DNA from: an uncultured Flavobacteriales bacterium
GTDB lineage: Bacteria > Bacteroidota > Bacteroidia > Flavobacteriales > BACL11
Reading direction: 5' to 3'
Assembly: GCA_905612305.1 (NCBI GenBank)
Contig: CAJQRK010000007.1
Location: 98,660-162,659, forward strand
Length of the DNA stretch: 64,000 nucleotides
This document shows positions 42,969 through 50,541 of this stretch, piece after piece. Within the stretch, counting starts at the first letter, position 1. Every line of letters starts with the position of its first letter. Position numbers and translations under genes: made by a program. The notes beneath the pieces were generated by a model, which saw only the letters and a list, made by a program, of their open reading frames with translations, ran no database searches and was not told the origin of the DNA.

Positions 42969-43018
42969 CTTTACACTCTTGCTAAAAGATTCCAATAAGG
43001 TGTCCTATTAGGTGTCCT
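42969..43018 (+). promoter_or_regulatory. Candidate integrase/Xis arm-type sites, right end
   Basis: CTTTACACTCTT (42969-42980) is the exact inverse of 36226-36237. AAGGTGTCCTATTAGGTGTCCT (42997-43018) is identical to 36176-36197. Confidence 0.5.
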
Positions 43019-43068
43019 ATTAAGAATTAAGATTTTAAACTGCTGAATATCAGTATATTAATGAGAAA

Positions 43069-43090
43069 GTTCAAGTCCCTCATTGCCCAC
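43069..43090 (+). repeat. attR core: displaced original 3' end of tRNA-Val, continuing into an encoded CCA
   Basis: GTTCAAGTCCCTCATTGCCCAC followed by CA (so ...GCCCACCA). Confidence 0.85.
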
Positions 43091-43097
43091 CAAAAAG

Positions 43098-43121
43098 AAA
43101 CCCACTCATTTGAGTGGGTTT
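43098..43121 (+). terminator. Hairpin terminator (presumed original tRNA-Val terminator); member of the CCCACTCA hairpin family
   Basis: AAACCCACTCA-TT-TGAGTGGGTTT followed by a T-rich run. Confidence 0.7.
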
Positions 43122-43214
43122 TATATTTACAGAAATGACATTCTGTCTTGAAATTTACTTTGGTACAGTTTTCGCTTATATACTTACTAAACATAATCAA
43201 TTAAAAATAAGAAA

Positions 43215-45119
43215 ATGAAAAAGAAAGGTAGTATTAATGTTAAGACCGAGAATATATTTCCAATAATTAAACAATTTCTATATTCAGATCACGAGATATT
43301 CTTAAGAGAGCTGGTTTCTAATGCGGTAGATGCTACCCAAAAAATGAAAACACTTACAACAATTGGAGAATTAGATGCTGATATTAAAAACTTAAGAGTT
43401 GAAGTAATATTAAATAAAAAAGAAAAAACAATTACCATTAGAGATAATGGGATTGGAATGACAGATAAAGAATTAGATAAATATATCAATCAAATTGCAT
43501 TCTCTGGAGCTGAAGAGTTCGTTAATAAATACAAAGATGCTGACACAAAGAATTCAATTATTGGTCATTTTGGACTTGGCTTCTACTCTGCTTTTATGGT
43601 TGCTAAAGAAGTTGAGATTATTACAAAAAGTCAGCAAGCAAATAGTAAACCAGTTAAGTGGATCTGTGATGGCTCTCCAAATTTCACAATGGAAGAAGCG
43701 AATAAAAAAACCAAGGGAACAGATATTGTTTTACATATTGCAGATGACTCAACAGAATTTTTGGAAGAAAGTAGGGTTTATGCTATTTTAAATAAGTACT
43801 GCAAGTTCTTGCCAGTTGAAATTAAATTTGGAACTAAGACTGATGAAATAGATGATCCTAAAGGAAAAAAAGATGATAAAGGAGATGTTCTTAAAATTGA
43901 TAAGGTATCAGATAATATAATTAATAATACCAAACCCGCTTGGACAAAATCTCCCGCAAATCTAAAAGATGAACATTATAAATCTTTTTATAAAGAATTA
44001 TACCCAATGGAGTTTTCTGATCCATTATTTCATATTCACTTAAATGTTGACTTTCCTTTTAACTTAACCGGTATTTTATATTTTCCAAAATTAAAAAACA
44101 ATCTAGAGGTTCAAAAAAATAAAATTAACCTTTACAGTAATCAGGTTTTTATAACTGACAATGTAGAAAATATTGTCCCTGAATTTCTAACACTTTTACA
44201 TGGTGTAATTGACTCTCCAGATATTCCTTTAAATGTCTCTAGATCTTATCTTCAAGCGGATGGAAATGTTAAGAAAATAGCAAGTCATATTACTAAAAAA
44301 GTAGCTGATAAGCTATCAAGAATGTTCAAAAAAGACAGAAAAGATTTTGAACAGAAATGGGATGATGTTAAGGTGTTTATTGAATATGGCATGTTAACAG
44401 AACAGAAATTCTTTGATAAAGCTAAAGATTTTTCTCTTTATAAAAATACTAATAGCGAATACTATACATTTAGTGAGTTTTCTAAAAAAGTAAAGAATTC
44501 TCAGAGAAATAAGGAAGGGAAAACAATAGTTTTATATACCAATGATTCAAAAGAACAGCATAGTTTTGTTAAGACCGCAACAGATAAAGGTTATGAGGTT
44601 CTGGAACTAGGAGGGCCTTTAATTAGCCATTTAATTAGCAGGCTTGAGGCAGATAGTACGGATATTCAATTTACTAGAGTTGATGCCGATATAATAGATA
44701 AACTAATTGAGCAAGAAGAAGCTACTATTTCAAAGTTATCTGATAAAGAACAAGAGAAGTTACAGAAAATGATTGAAGAAGGAGTTGATAAGGAAAAATT
44801 TACTGTGCAAGTTCAAAATATGTCAGTCTCAGACTCACCTATAGTTATAACTCAGAGTGAATTTATGAGAAGAATGAAAGAGCAGCAGCAATTATCTGGA
44901 GGCGGAGGCATGCAGATGTTTGGCTCTATGCCTGAGTCATATAATTTAGCCATTAATTCAAATCACGATCTAATTAGCAAGATTCTTAAAGAGAAGACAA
45001 AGAAGAAAAGAACTAATCTAATTAATCAACTTCTTGATTTAGCCTTATTATCTCAGGGCATGCTAAAAGGTGAAGATCTTACTGCATTCATTTCTAGAAG
45101 CGTGACTCTAATTAAATAA
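43215..45119 (+). CDS. htpG: Molecular chaperone HtpG (Hsp90)
   Basis: 634 aa. GHKL ATPase N-domain motifs (EIFLRELVSNAVDA, IGHFGLGFYSAFMV). Confidence 0.95.
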   Translation: MKKKGSINVKTENIFPIIKQFLYSDHEIFLRELVSNAVDATQKMKTLTTIGELDADIKNLRVEVILNKKEKTITIRDNGIGMTDKELDKYINQIAFSGAEEFVNKYKDADTKNSIIGHFGLGFYSAFMVAKEVEIITKSQQANSKPVKWICDGSPNFTMEEANKKTKGTDIVLHIADDSTEFLEESRVYAILNKYCKFLPVEIKFGTKTDEIDDPKGKKDDKGDVLKIDKVSDNIINNTKPAWTKSPANLKDEHYKSFYKELYPMEFSDPLFHIHLNVDFPFNLTGILYFPKLKNNLEVQKNKINLYSNQVFITDNVENIVPEFLTLLHGVIDSPDIPLNVSRSYLQADGNVKKIASHITKKVADKLSRMFKKDRKDFEQKWDDVKVFIEYGMLTEQKFFDKAKDFSLYKNTNSEYYTFSEFSKKVKNSQRNKEGKTIVLYTNDSKEQHSFVKTATDKGYEVLELGGPLISHLISRLEADSTDIQFTRVDADIIDKLIEQEEATISKLSDKEQEKLQKMIEEGVDKEKFTVQVQNMSVSDSPIVITQSEFMRRMKEQQQLSGGGGMQMFGSMPESYNLAINSNHDLISKILKEKTKKKRTNLINQLLDLALLSQGMLKGEDLTAFISRSVTLIK

Positions 45120-45123
45120 GTAT

Positions 45124-45172
45124 AAGTTCGAGTATTTTAGCCCACCAAAAGAAAAACCACTCAATTGAGTGG
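45124..45172 (+). repeat. Degenerate second copy of the tRNA-Val 3' end plus hairpin
   Basis: AAGTTCGAGTATTTTAGCCCACCAAAAGAAAAACCACTCAATTGAGTGG aligns with 43067-43118 (AAGTTCAAGTCCCTCATTGCCCACCAAAAAGAAACCCACTCATTTGAGTGGG). Confidence 0.6.
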
Positions 45173-45210
45173 GCTTGTTGTTTATCTATATAATGCAATA
45201 AATTAAAGAA

Positions 45211-45232
45211 ACCCACTCAATATTGAGTGGGT
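45211..45232. terminator. Palindromic hairpin of the CCCACTCA family (terminator for gpx and/or htpG)
   Basis: ACCCACTCAA-TA-TTGAGTGGGT, a perfect 10-bp stem between convergent genes. Confidence 0.65.
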
Positions 45233-45238
45233 CTTTAT

Positions 45239-45772
45239 TTATTCAAAAATTATTAAAGAAGTTATTTTATCGCTTAATGGATTTGTAGTAGAGTAGAAGT
45301 AATTAATTAACTCCCCATCTCTATCAACTAGATATTTCTGAAAATTCCACTTGACACTTGAATTTAAAACACCATTATATTTTTTATCAGTTAACCAGGT
45401 ATATAGAGGAGAAATATTATTTCCCTTAACATCTATCTTTTCTGTTAGAATAAAACTAACACCAAAGTTTTTTGTACAAAATTGCTTAATTTCCTCTTCT
45501 CGTGCTGGTTCTTGAGCACCAAATTGATTACAAGGCAAACCAATAATAACTAAATCACTCATATATTTCTGATAAAGCGCTTGTAAATCAGCATACTGTT
45601 TTGTAAAACCACAATTTGAAGCAACATTAACAAATAAAATGTACTTACCTTTAAAAGAACTTAATTCTATTAAGTTTCCATCTATATCTTTAATGGATAT
45701 ATTGTGTATATTTTCTTTATATTGGACGCTCATAGTGCAAAATAGCATTAATACTATTAAAAAAGATTTCAT
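45239..45772 (-). CDS. gpx: Glutathione peroxidase (Cys-type), signal-peptide form
   Basis: Start taken at ATG 45772 (MKSFLIVLMLF), which begins the predicted signal peptide. NVASNCGFT, LPCNQFG and WNFQKYLV motifs. Confidence 0.9.
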   Translation of the reverse strand: MKSFLIVLMLFCTMSVQYKENIHNISIKDIDGNLIELSSFKGKYILFVNVASNCGFTKQYADLQALYQKYMSDLVIIGLPCNQFGAQEPAREEEIKQFCTKNFGVSFILTEKIDVKGNNISPLYTWLTDKKYNGVLNSSVKWNFQKYLVDRDGELINYFYSTTNPLSDKITSLIIFE

Positions 45773-45948
45773 AACTATTTTTATATTTTTAGTAAAGGTG
45801 AGGGGATTTATATTGCAATACACCTAACTTCTCTATATCTATTAACCTTGTATTATGAAAACTAAGTTTATTTATAGAAAGTTAGGTGTATTTAAGTAAT
45901 CTATTGAAGAATTAATTTTTTGTTAACTACACTTTTATTGATTATATA

Positions 45949-47877
45949 TTATCTTGCTAAACGTCTTATAACATCTCCAGTATCATATATATCAAAAACT
46001 ACTTGATTGATTGTATTGCGATCAACTTTTTCACCAAGAATATTTATTGAATATAAATATTCTTTATCTAAAGTATTGTAATCAATAATATCTGTTGTTG
46101 TTGGAATTAAGACAGCATCAATAACATGTACAACACCATTGTCAGCTACAATATCAGCTACAGTTACCATAGCATTGTCAATAAAGACTCCCATTGAGTT
46201 AATTGTTAGTGTTACATCTGTCCCAAGTAATGTTGAAACTACTTGATTATTTGATAACATTCCTGACATTACGCTATCTCCAACAACATGATGCTTTAAG
46301 ATATCAGTTAATTGAGGAATATCATTAAGTAATGCCGTAACTGTACCAGCTGGCAATAAATTAAATGCAGCATCTGTAGGCGCAAATAAAGTAAATGGAC
46401 CAGCTCCAGAGAGTACACCATTTAATGCACAAACATCAACAGCAACTTTTAAGGTAGTATGATCTGCAGAATTAGAAACTATATCATAAATGGTATTTCC
46501 TACACAGCTAGTGTTCCAGTAAGGATTTGAAGGATCATTAGGAAATACAACTATCTCTGTTGAAGGGTCATAATCAATACCAGCAGTTAATACATTTGCA
46601 TCATCAACAAATGTTACTTGATGAGTTATAAAATTATATATATACGCTTGATGACAAACACCACAAGTATCCTCTAGTGCAGTTCCATTAACAACACCAT
46701 AACAATCAGTTGGAGGCAATAAAACAGCATCAATTACGTGTACTACTCCATTATCAGCCACTATATCTGCAACTATTACTTGAGCATTATCTATAAAAAC
46801 TCCCATAGAATTAATTGTTACTGTTACATCCGTTCCAAGTAATGTATTTACTATCTGGCCATTAGATAACATTCCTGACATTACGCTAGCACCCACAACA
46901 TGATGCTTTAAAATATCTGTTAACTGAGGTATATCATTTAATAATGCCGTAACTGTACCAGCTGGTAATAAATTAAATGCAGCATCTGTAGGCGCAAACA
47001 AAGTAAATGGACCAGGGCCTGATAAAGTACCATCCAAGGCACAAGCATCAATAGCAACTTTTAGTGTCGTATGGTCAGCTGATGATGAAACAATATCATA
47101 AATTGAATTTGTAGCAGGTGGCAATAAAACAGCATCAATAACATGCACAACACCATTGTCAGCTACAATATCAGCTACAATTACCATGGCGTTGTCAATA
47201 AAAACTCCCATTGAGTTAATTGTTACTGTTACATCTGTACCATTTAATGTTGTGACAACTTGATTATTTGATAACATTGTTGACATTACGCTAGCTCCCA
47301 CAACATGTTGCTTTAAAATATCTGTTAACTGAGGTATATCATTTAATAATGCCGTAACTGTACCAGCTGGTAATAAATTAAATGCAGCATCTGTAGGCGC
47401 AAACAAAGTAAATGGACCAGGGCCTGATAAAGTACCATCCAAGGCACAAGCATCAATAGCAACTTTTAGTGTCGTATGGTCAGCTGATGATGAAACAATA
47501 TCATAAATTGAATTAGAAGAATTAACAATAATTACACCAGTCATACCATTTGTAGCATGTTGACCAACAGAACAGTCATAAGAATAAGTTCCTGGCACAG
47601 TAAAAATGTGGGTATAAATTATTGCGCCCACAACATTAGTAGTATTAGACTGAAAGCTTACAGGATTATTAAAACTTGATCCTGTCTGAGAATTGACATC
47701 AGCATTAACATCATGATTACCACCATCATTAATCCACTCTACAGTGTCTCCCAAATTAATAGTTAGATTAGATGGCATATAATAATATCCACCTGAATTC
47801 ACAGTATGGATAATTGCACTAACTGTAGATGCAAAAAAGCAGGTTAGAAGTAAGAAAATTAGTTTGTTTGTTTTCAT
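45949..47877 (-). CDS. Secreted cupredoxin (plastocyanin-like) domain fused to three FAS1 (fasciclin) domains
   Basis: Signal peptide. Type-1 Cu ligand pattern ...GGNHDV...YDCSVGQHATNGMTGVIIV. Three FAS1 units (FTLFAPTDAAFNLLPAGTVTALL...GVVHVIDAVLLP). Confidence 0.85.
   Translation of the reverse strand: MKTNKLIFLLLTCFFASTVSAIIHTVNSGGYYYMPSNLTINLGDTVEWINDGGNHDVNADVNSQTGSSFNNPVSFQSNTTNVVGAIIYTHIFTVPGTYSYDCSVGQHATNGMTGVIIVNSSNSIYDIVSSSADHTTLKVAIDACALDGTLSGPGPFTLFAPTDAAFNLLPAGTVTALLNDIPQLTDILKQHVVGASVMSTMLSNNQVVTTLNGTDVTVTINSMGVFIDNAMVIVADIVADNGVVHVIDAVLLPPATNSIYDIVSSSADHTTLKVAIDACALDGTLSGPGPFTLFAPTDAAFNLLPAGTVTALLNDIPQLTDILKHHVVGASVMSGMLSNGQIVNTLLGTDVTVTINSMGVFIDNAQVIVADIVADNGVVHVIDAVLLPPTDCYGVVNGTALEDTCGVCHQAYIYNFITHQVTFVDDANVLTAGIDYDPSTEIVVFPNDPSNPYWNTSCVGNTIYDIVSNSADHTTLKVAVDVCALNGVLSGAGPFTLFAPTDAAFNLLPAGTVTALLNDIPQLTDILKHHVVGDSVMSGMLSNNQVVSTLLGTDVTLTINSMGVFIDNAMVTVADIVADNGVVHVIDAVLIPTTTDIIDYNTLDKEYLYSINILGEKVDRNTINQVVFDIYDTGDVIRRLAR
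46905..47514. repeat. Intragenic tandem duplication, 405-bp period (FAS1 units 1 and 2)
   Basis: 46905-47109 and 47310-47514 are identical by eye over ~205 bp. A third, more diverged unit lies at ~46290-46500. Confidence 0.85.
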
Positions 47878-47880
47878 TTT

Positions 47881-47905
47881 AGTTTAGTTTAGTTTAGTTT
47901 AGTTT
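47881..47905. repeat. Pentanucleotide microsatellite (AGTTT)5, i.e. (AAACT)5 on the coding strand, ending 3 nt upstream of the FAS1-protein start codon
   Basis: Read directly: cat ttt AGTTT AGTTT AGTTT AGTTT AGTTT aaaaa. Confidence 0.95.
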
Positions 47906-47939
47906 AAAAAAGATTTATTATTGTTTTATTAAATAGTAT

Positions 47940-48125
47940 TTATATTTGTAGGGGAAATGTATATTTTCCTGTTGGATACATATCCAACCATTTTTTTAGT
48001 TGTTCTTTAGTTTTTAAGGTAACGGTCATAGTTTTAGTTTTAAAGATAATACTTGCAGAATTATTTTTAATTTTATCTAAAATTTTTTCTGCTTTCCTTT
48101 TTTTCAATAATCTGTAATTACTCAT
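47940..48125 (-). CDS. Hypothetical 61-aa Lys-rich protein
   Basis: ORF only, no motif. Same strand as the FAS1 gene and just upstream of it. Confidence 0.3.
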   Translation of the reverse strand: MSNYRLLKKRKAEKILDKIKNNSASIIFKTKTMTVTLKTKEQLKKWLDMYPTGKYTFPLQI

Positions 48126-48262
48126 AATTATATTTTTAATGTTTAAACTTTTTGCAAATGTATAGGTTTTTTACTAAAAAACTATACAAATATAATAAAA
48201 TGTATAATTTATAATTAAAAAAGATATACAAAATAGAATTATTAGTTAATATTGCACAAATT

Positions 48263-48649
48263 ATGAATATGAAAAAACCAGATAATGTTGTATTTGATAT
48301 CCAATCACAGGAATATGATTCATACAGAAAAAATTATCCAACAGATTTAGGTAGCCCTGCATTTGACAGTTCAATTTTAAAGAAAGATAATTTTGCATTC
48401 AAACATTTAAAGGCAAAATTTGATGAGCTTAATACAGAATATAAAAGTTTATTAACTAAATTAAAATGGAATGAGCTAATATATAACTCAGAGCATAACT
48501 TTATTCCTATTGCGGGCAATACATATCATTTATATAAAAATAAAAATATTACTTTTCTAAGCATGATAGAACCAAACCAGTGGGAAATGGAGTTCATAGG
48601 ATCATTCAGATTATCAGCAAATGATATTTGGGAAAGAATTAATCAATAA
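48263..48649 (+). CDS. Hypothetical 128-aa protein
   Basis: Clean ORF in an otherwise non-coding gap. No motif recognised with certainty. Confidence 0.5.
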   Translation: MNMKKPDNVVFDIQSQEYDSYRKNYPTDLGSPAFDSSILKKDNFAFKHLKAKFDELNTEYKSLLTKLKWNELIYNSEHNFIPIAGNTYHLYKNKNITFLSMIEPNQWEMEFIGSFRLSANDIWERINQ

Positions 48650-48760
48650 AAAATATCAAAAAAATTACAAGAGTATCAATAAGCAATACTATTTATTTTT
48701 ACAATAAACCTTTTCTAGAAAATAAACGATAGCAAAATAAAGTATAACTATAGGCTTGTC

Positions 48761-48794
48761 AAATAACCCCACTCAATATTGAGTGGGGTTATTT
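48761..48794. terminator. Palindromic hairpin of the CCCACTCA family between convergent genes
   Basis: AAATAACCCCACTCAA-TA-TTGAGTGGGGTTATTT. The right arm overlaps the msrB stop codon. Confidence 0.65.
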
Positions 48795-49232
48795 CTTTGA
48801 GATAAATCTAATACTTATTGAATTAACACAATGCCTCAAGTTTTTTTCTGTAAGCTCCTCACCTTGAAATAGATGGCCAATATGACCCTTGCAATTCGCA
48901 CAACATATTTCTACTCTTTGCATTGCAGAACTATTATCTTGATTTCTAATTAATGAATTATTAATCTCGTCATCAAATGATGGCCATCCACAATTTGATT
49001 TAAATTTTGATTGTGACTTAAAGAGAGGGTTATTACATGCCTTACACACATATAATCCGGCTTCATACAAGGCTACATAATCACCAGAAAAAGCTCTTTC
49101 TGTTCCCTTATTCACAATTATCTCTCGTTCTGCTTTTGTCAAAGCATCAAAAAAATCTCTATCTTTCACAGTATTATCTTGTGCAACTAAATATACAGGT
49201 AATATAAGAAATAAAAATAATAATTTATTCAT
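48789..49232 (-). CDS. msrB: Peptide-methionine (R)-S-oxide reductase, signal-peptide form
   Basis: CKACNNPLF, GWPSF, CANCKGHIGHLF and RHCVNS motifs, plus an N-terminal signal peptide. Confidence 0.9.
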   Translation of the reverse strand: MNKLLFLFLILPVYLVAQDNTVKDRDFFDALTKAEREIIVNKGTERAFSGDYVALYEAGLYVCKACNNPLFKSQSKFKSNCGWPSFDDEINNSLIRNQDNSSAMQRVEICCANCKGHIGHLFQGEELTEKNLRHCVNSISIRFISKK

Positions 49233-49254
49233 TCTACAAAATTACTGAATAATT

Positions 49255-49325
49255 TTCTAAAAAAATTCGAACTTAGAAATGTAAGGCTCACAAAAAAGAA
49301 ACCCACTCAAATGAGTAAGTTTTTG
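49255..49325 (+). repeat. Intergenic repeat family copy (long form)
   Basis: TTCTAAAAAAATTCGAACTTAGAAATGTAAGGCTCACAAAAAAGAAACCCACTCAAATGAGTAAG. Aligns with 50343-50410 and 51617-51690, and through its 3' half with 43085-43118. Confidence 0.65.
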
Positions 49326-49355
49326 CTTGTCTATAAGTAGCAGGAGAAAACCCTA

Positions 49356-50300
49356 TTAATTTTTTATTAATCTCACAAAACAATCATCAGCCTGTTTAAC
49401 TATATCATCAACTAAAATTTTCAACTCCATATAATGATGAGACATTTCGGTATTGGGGTTGATATAATTAAAGTTTTGATGCCTCCAAAATGCCATTGAC
49501 GCACCAGCATAAATGGTAAATGCTTTTAAGGAATTTATTTCATCCTCTAATAACTGAACTTCTGATTGATAGCCAACTAAAAGGTGTTTTGTTTTTTCCA
49601 GATTTATGATTTTTTCTTCTCCACAAATTCCAATTATTGTCATTCCTATATCAAATAAGCGATAATAATTTACAGACTCTTCAAAATCTATAATAGTTGC
49701 CGAATTGTTATCTTCGCCAATAATTACATTGTCCCAAAAAACATCAGAATGAATAATTGATTTGGGTAAATTTAATTTTAAGTAAGGCAAAACATATTCT
49801 AGTATGTTTTTGAGCCAAATATCAAATTCGGAAAAAGCTGAGTATATTTTGACATTTGCAAATTGTTCCTTTCCATAATTAAGTTGACTGGGAAGATATT
49901 CAGGAGCATTTATTTGGTGTAATTTGGCAAGTTTCTTTCCTATCAATTTCAACAAGTGAGGAGGAAGATCTTTTCTAATTTTTCCTTTAATAAAGGTTTT
50001 GAGTATTACCGGCTTATTCTTCCAAATAATGACAGGCTCACCATCAGAAGTATAGATTAGTTTGGAAGTATTAAAATTATTTATTTCTAAATATCTTAAT
50101 AAGTGAGCCAGATCTTTTGCATTTTTTTCTGTTTTTTGTTCAAAAACACAAAGTACATATTGTCCGTTCTCTGATTTTACTAAATAGTTTGTATTTTCAG
50201 AACCACCGCTTAATAATTCAAAAGATGAAATATTATGAATATCAAATTTTACTAAAATTTCCCTAATTTCTATTTCATTCAAGCTTGTAGATTGCTTCAT
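49356..50300 (-). CDS. Phosphotransferase-family kinase (APH/homoserine kinase type II-like)
   Basis: Brenner motif IHSDVFWDNVI, followed by IIDFEES (DFG-equivalent). Confidence 0.75.
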   Translation of the reverse strand: MKQSTSLNEIEIREILVKFDIHNISSFELLSGGSENTNYLVKSENGQYVLCVFEQKTEKNAKDLAHLLRYLEINNFNTSKLIYTSDGEPVIIWKNKPVILKTFIKGKIRKDLPPHLLKLIGKKLAKLHQINAPEYLPSQLNYGKEQFANVKIYSAFSEFDIWLKNILEYVLPYLKLNLPKSIIHSDVFWDNVIIGEDNNSATIIDFEESVNYYRLFDIGMTIIGICGEEKIINLEKTKHLLVGYQSEVQLLEDEINSLKAFTIYAGASMAFWRHQNFNYINPNTEMSHHYMELKILVDDIVKQADDCFVRLIKN

Positions 50301-50342
50301 ATCTATTACATTCTAGTTTTCAAAGTAAACGCACTAAATAAT

Positions 50343-50410
50343 TCTCTAAAAAAAAGTTAGAAATAAGGACCGTAAGGCCCACCAAAAACAAACCCACTAA
50401 TTGAGATTGA
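50343..50410 (+). repeat. Intergenic repeat family copy (long form, hairpin truncated)
   Basis: TCTCTAAAAAAAAGTTAGAAATAAGGACCGTAAGGCCCACCAAAAACAAACCCACTAATTGAG. The right hairpin arm is missing and the repeat is fused to the MFS remnant. Confidence 0.65.
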
Positions 50411-50541
50411 AATTGATCAATATTGAAATAGCTTTTGCAGAATGGTATAAAAACACCATTACTTGCCGCAATAAATCCCCAAAAGAAAAATACTGTTACC
50501 AGAGTAAATAATGCCTGCTTGTGATTCTTATTCTCAATCAT
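50400..50541 (-). pseudogene. 5' remnant (~47 codons) of a glucose/galactose-fucose type MFS transporter (GluP/FucP-like)
   Basis: ALFTLVTVFFFWGFIAASNGVFIPFCKSYFNIDQFQSQLV matches the conserved TM1 and first loop of GluP/FucP. Downstream of ~50400 the track ORF (50320..50541) reads through the repeat element and stops. Confidence 0.65.

Larger units (their letters stand above)
36044..43090. mobile_element. ~7.0 kb integrative element inserted in the 3' end of tRNA-Val
   Basis: Bounded by the 22-nt direct repeat GTTC(G/A)AGTCCCTCATTGCCCAC (36044-36065 and 43069-43090). A tyrosine integrase lies next to the tRNA, followed by an excisionase-like HTH gene, a replicase-like gene and cargo. Confidence 0.85.

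Noticed and set aside
43125-43214. CAGAA-ATGACA-TTCTG hairpin and a TAnnTTTG-like box upstream of htpG, considered as a heat-shock regulatory element.
   Set aside because: The stem is only 5 bp, and the -7 box is one base off consensus. There is not enough signal to call it.
43215-45119. htpG as horizontally acquired island cargo, because it sits between two att-like sequences.
   Set aside because: htpG is a near-universal core chaperone gene, and no integrase or other mobility gene accompanies it. The flanking repeats are more simply explained as terminator or att-derived repeats. Kept only as an open question under findings.
50320-50541. The 73-aa ORF as an intact small membrane protein.
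   Set aside because: Only the first ~47 residues resemble anything (MFS TM1 and loop). The rest is the reverse translation of the intergenic repeat element.
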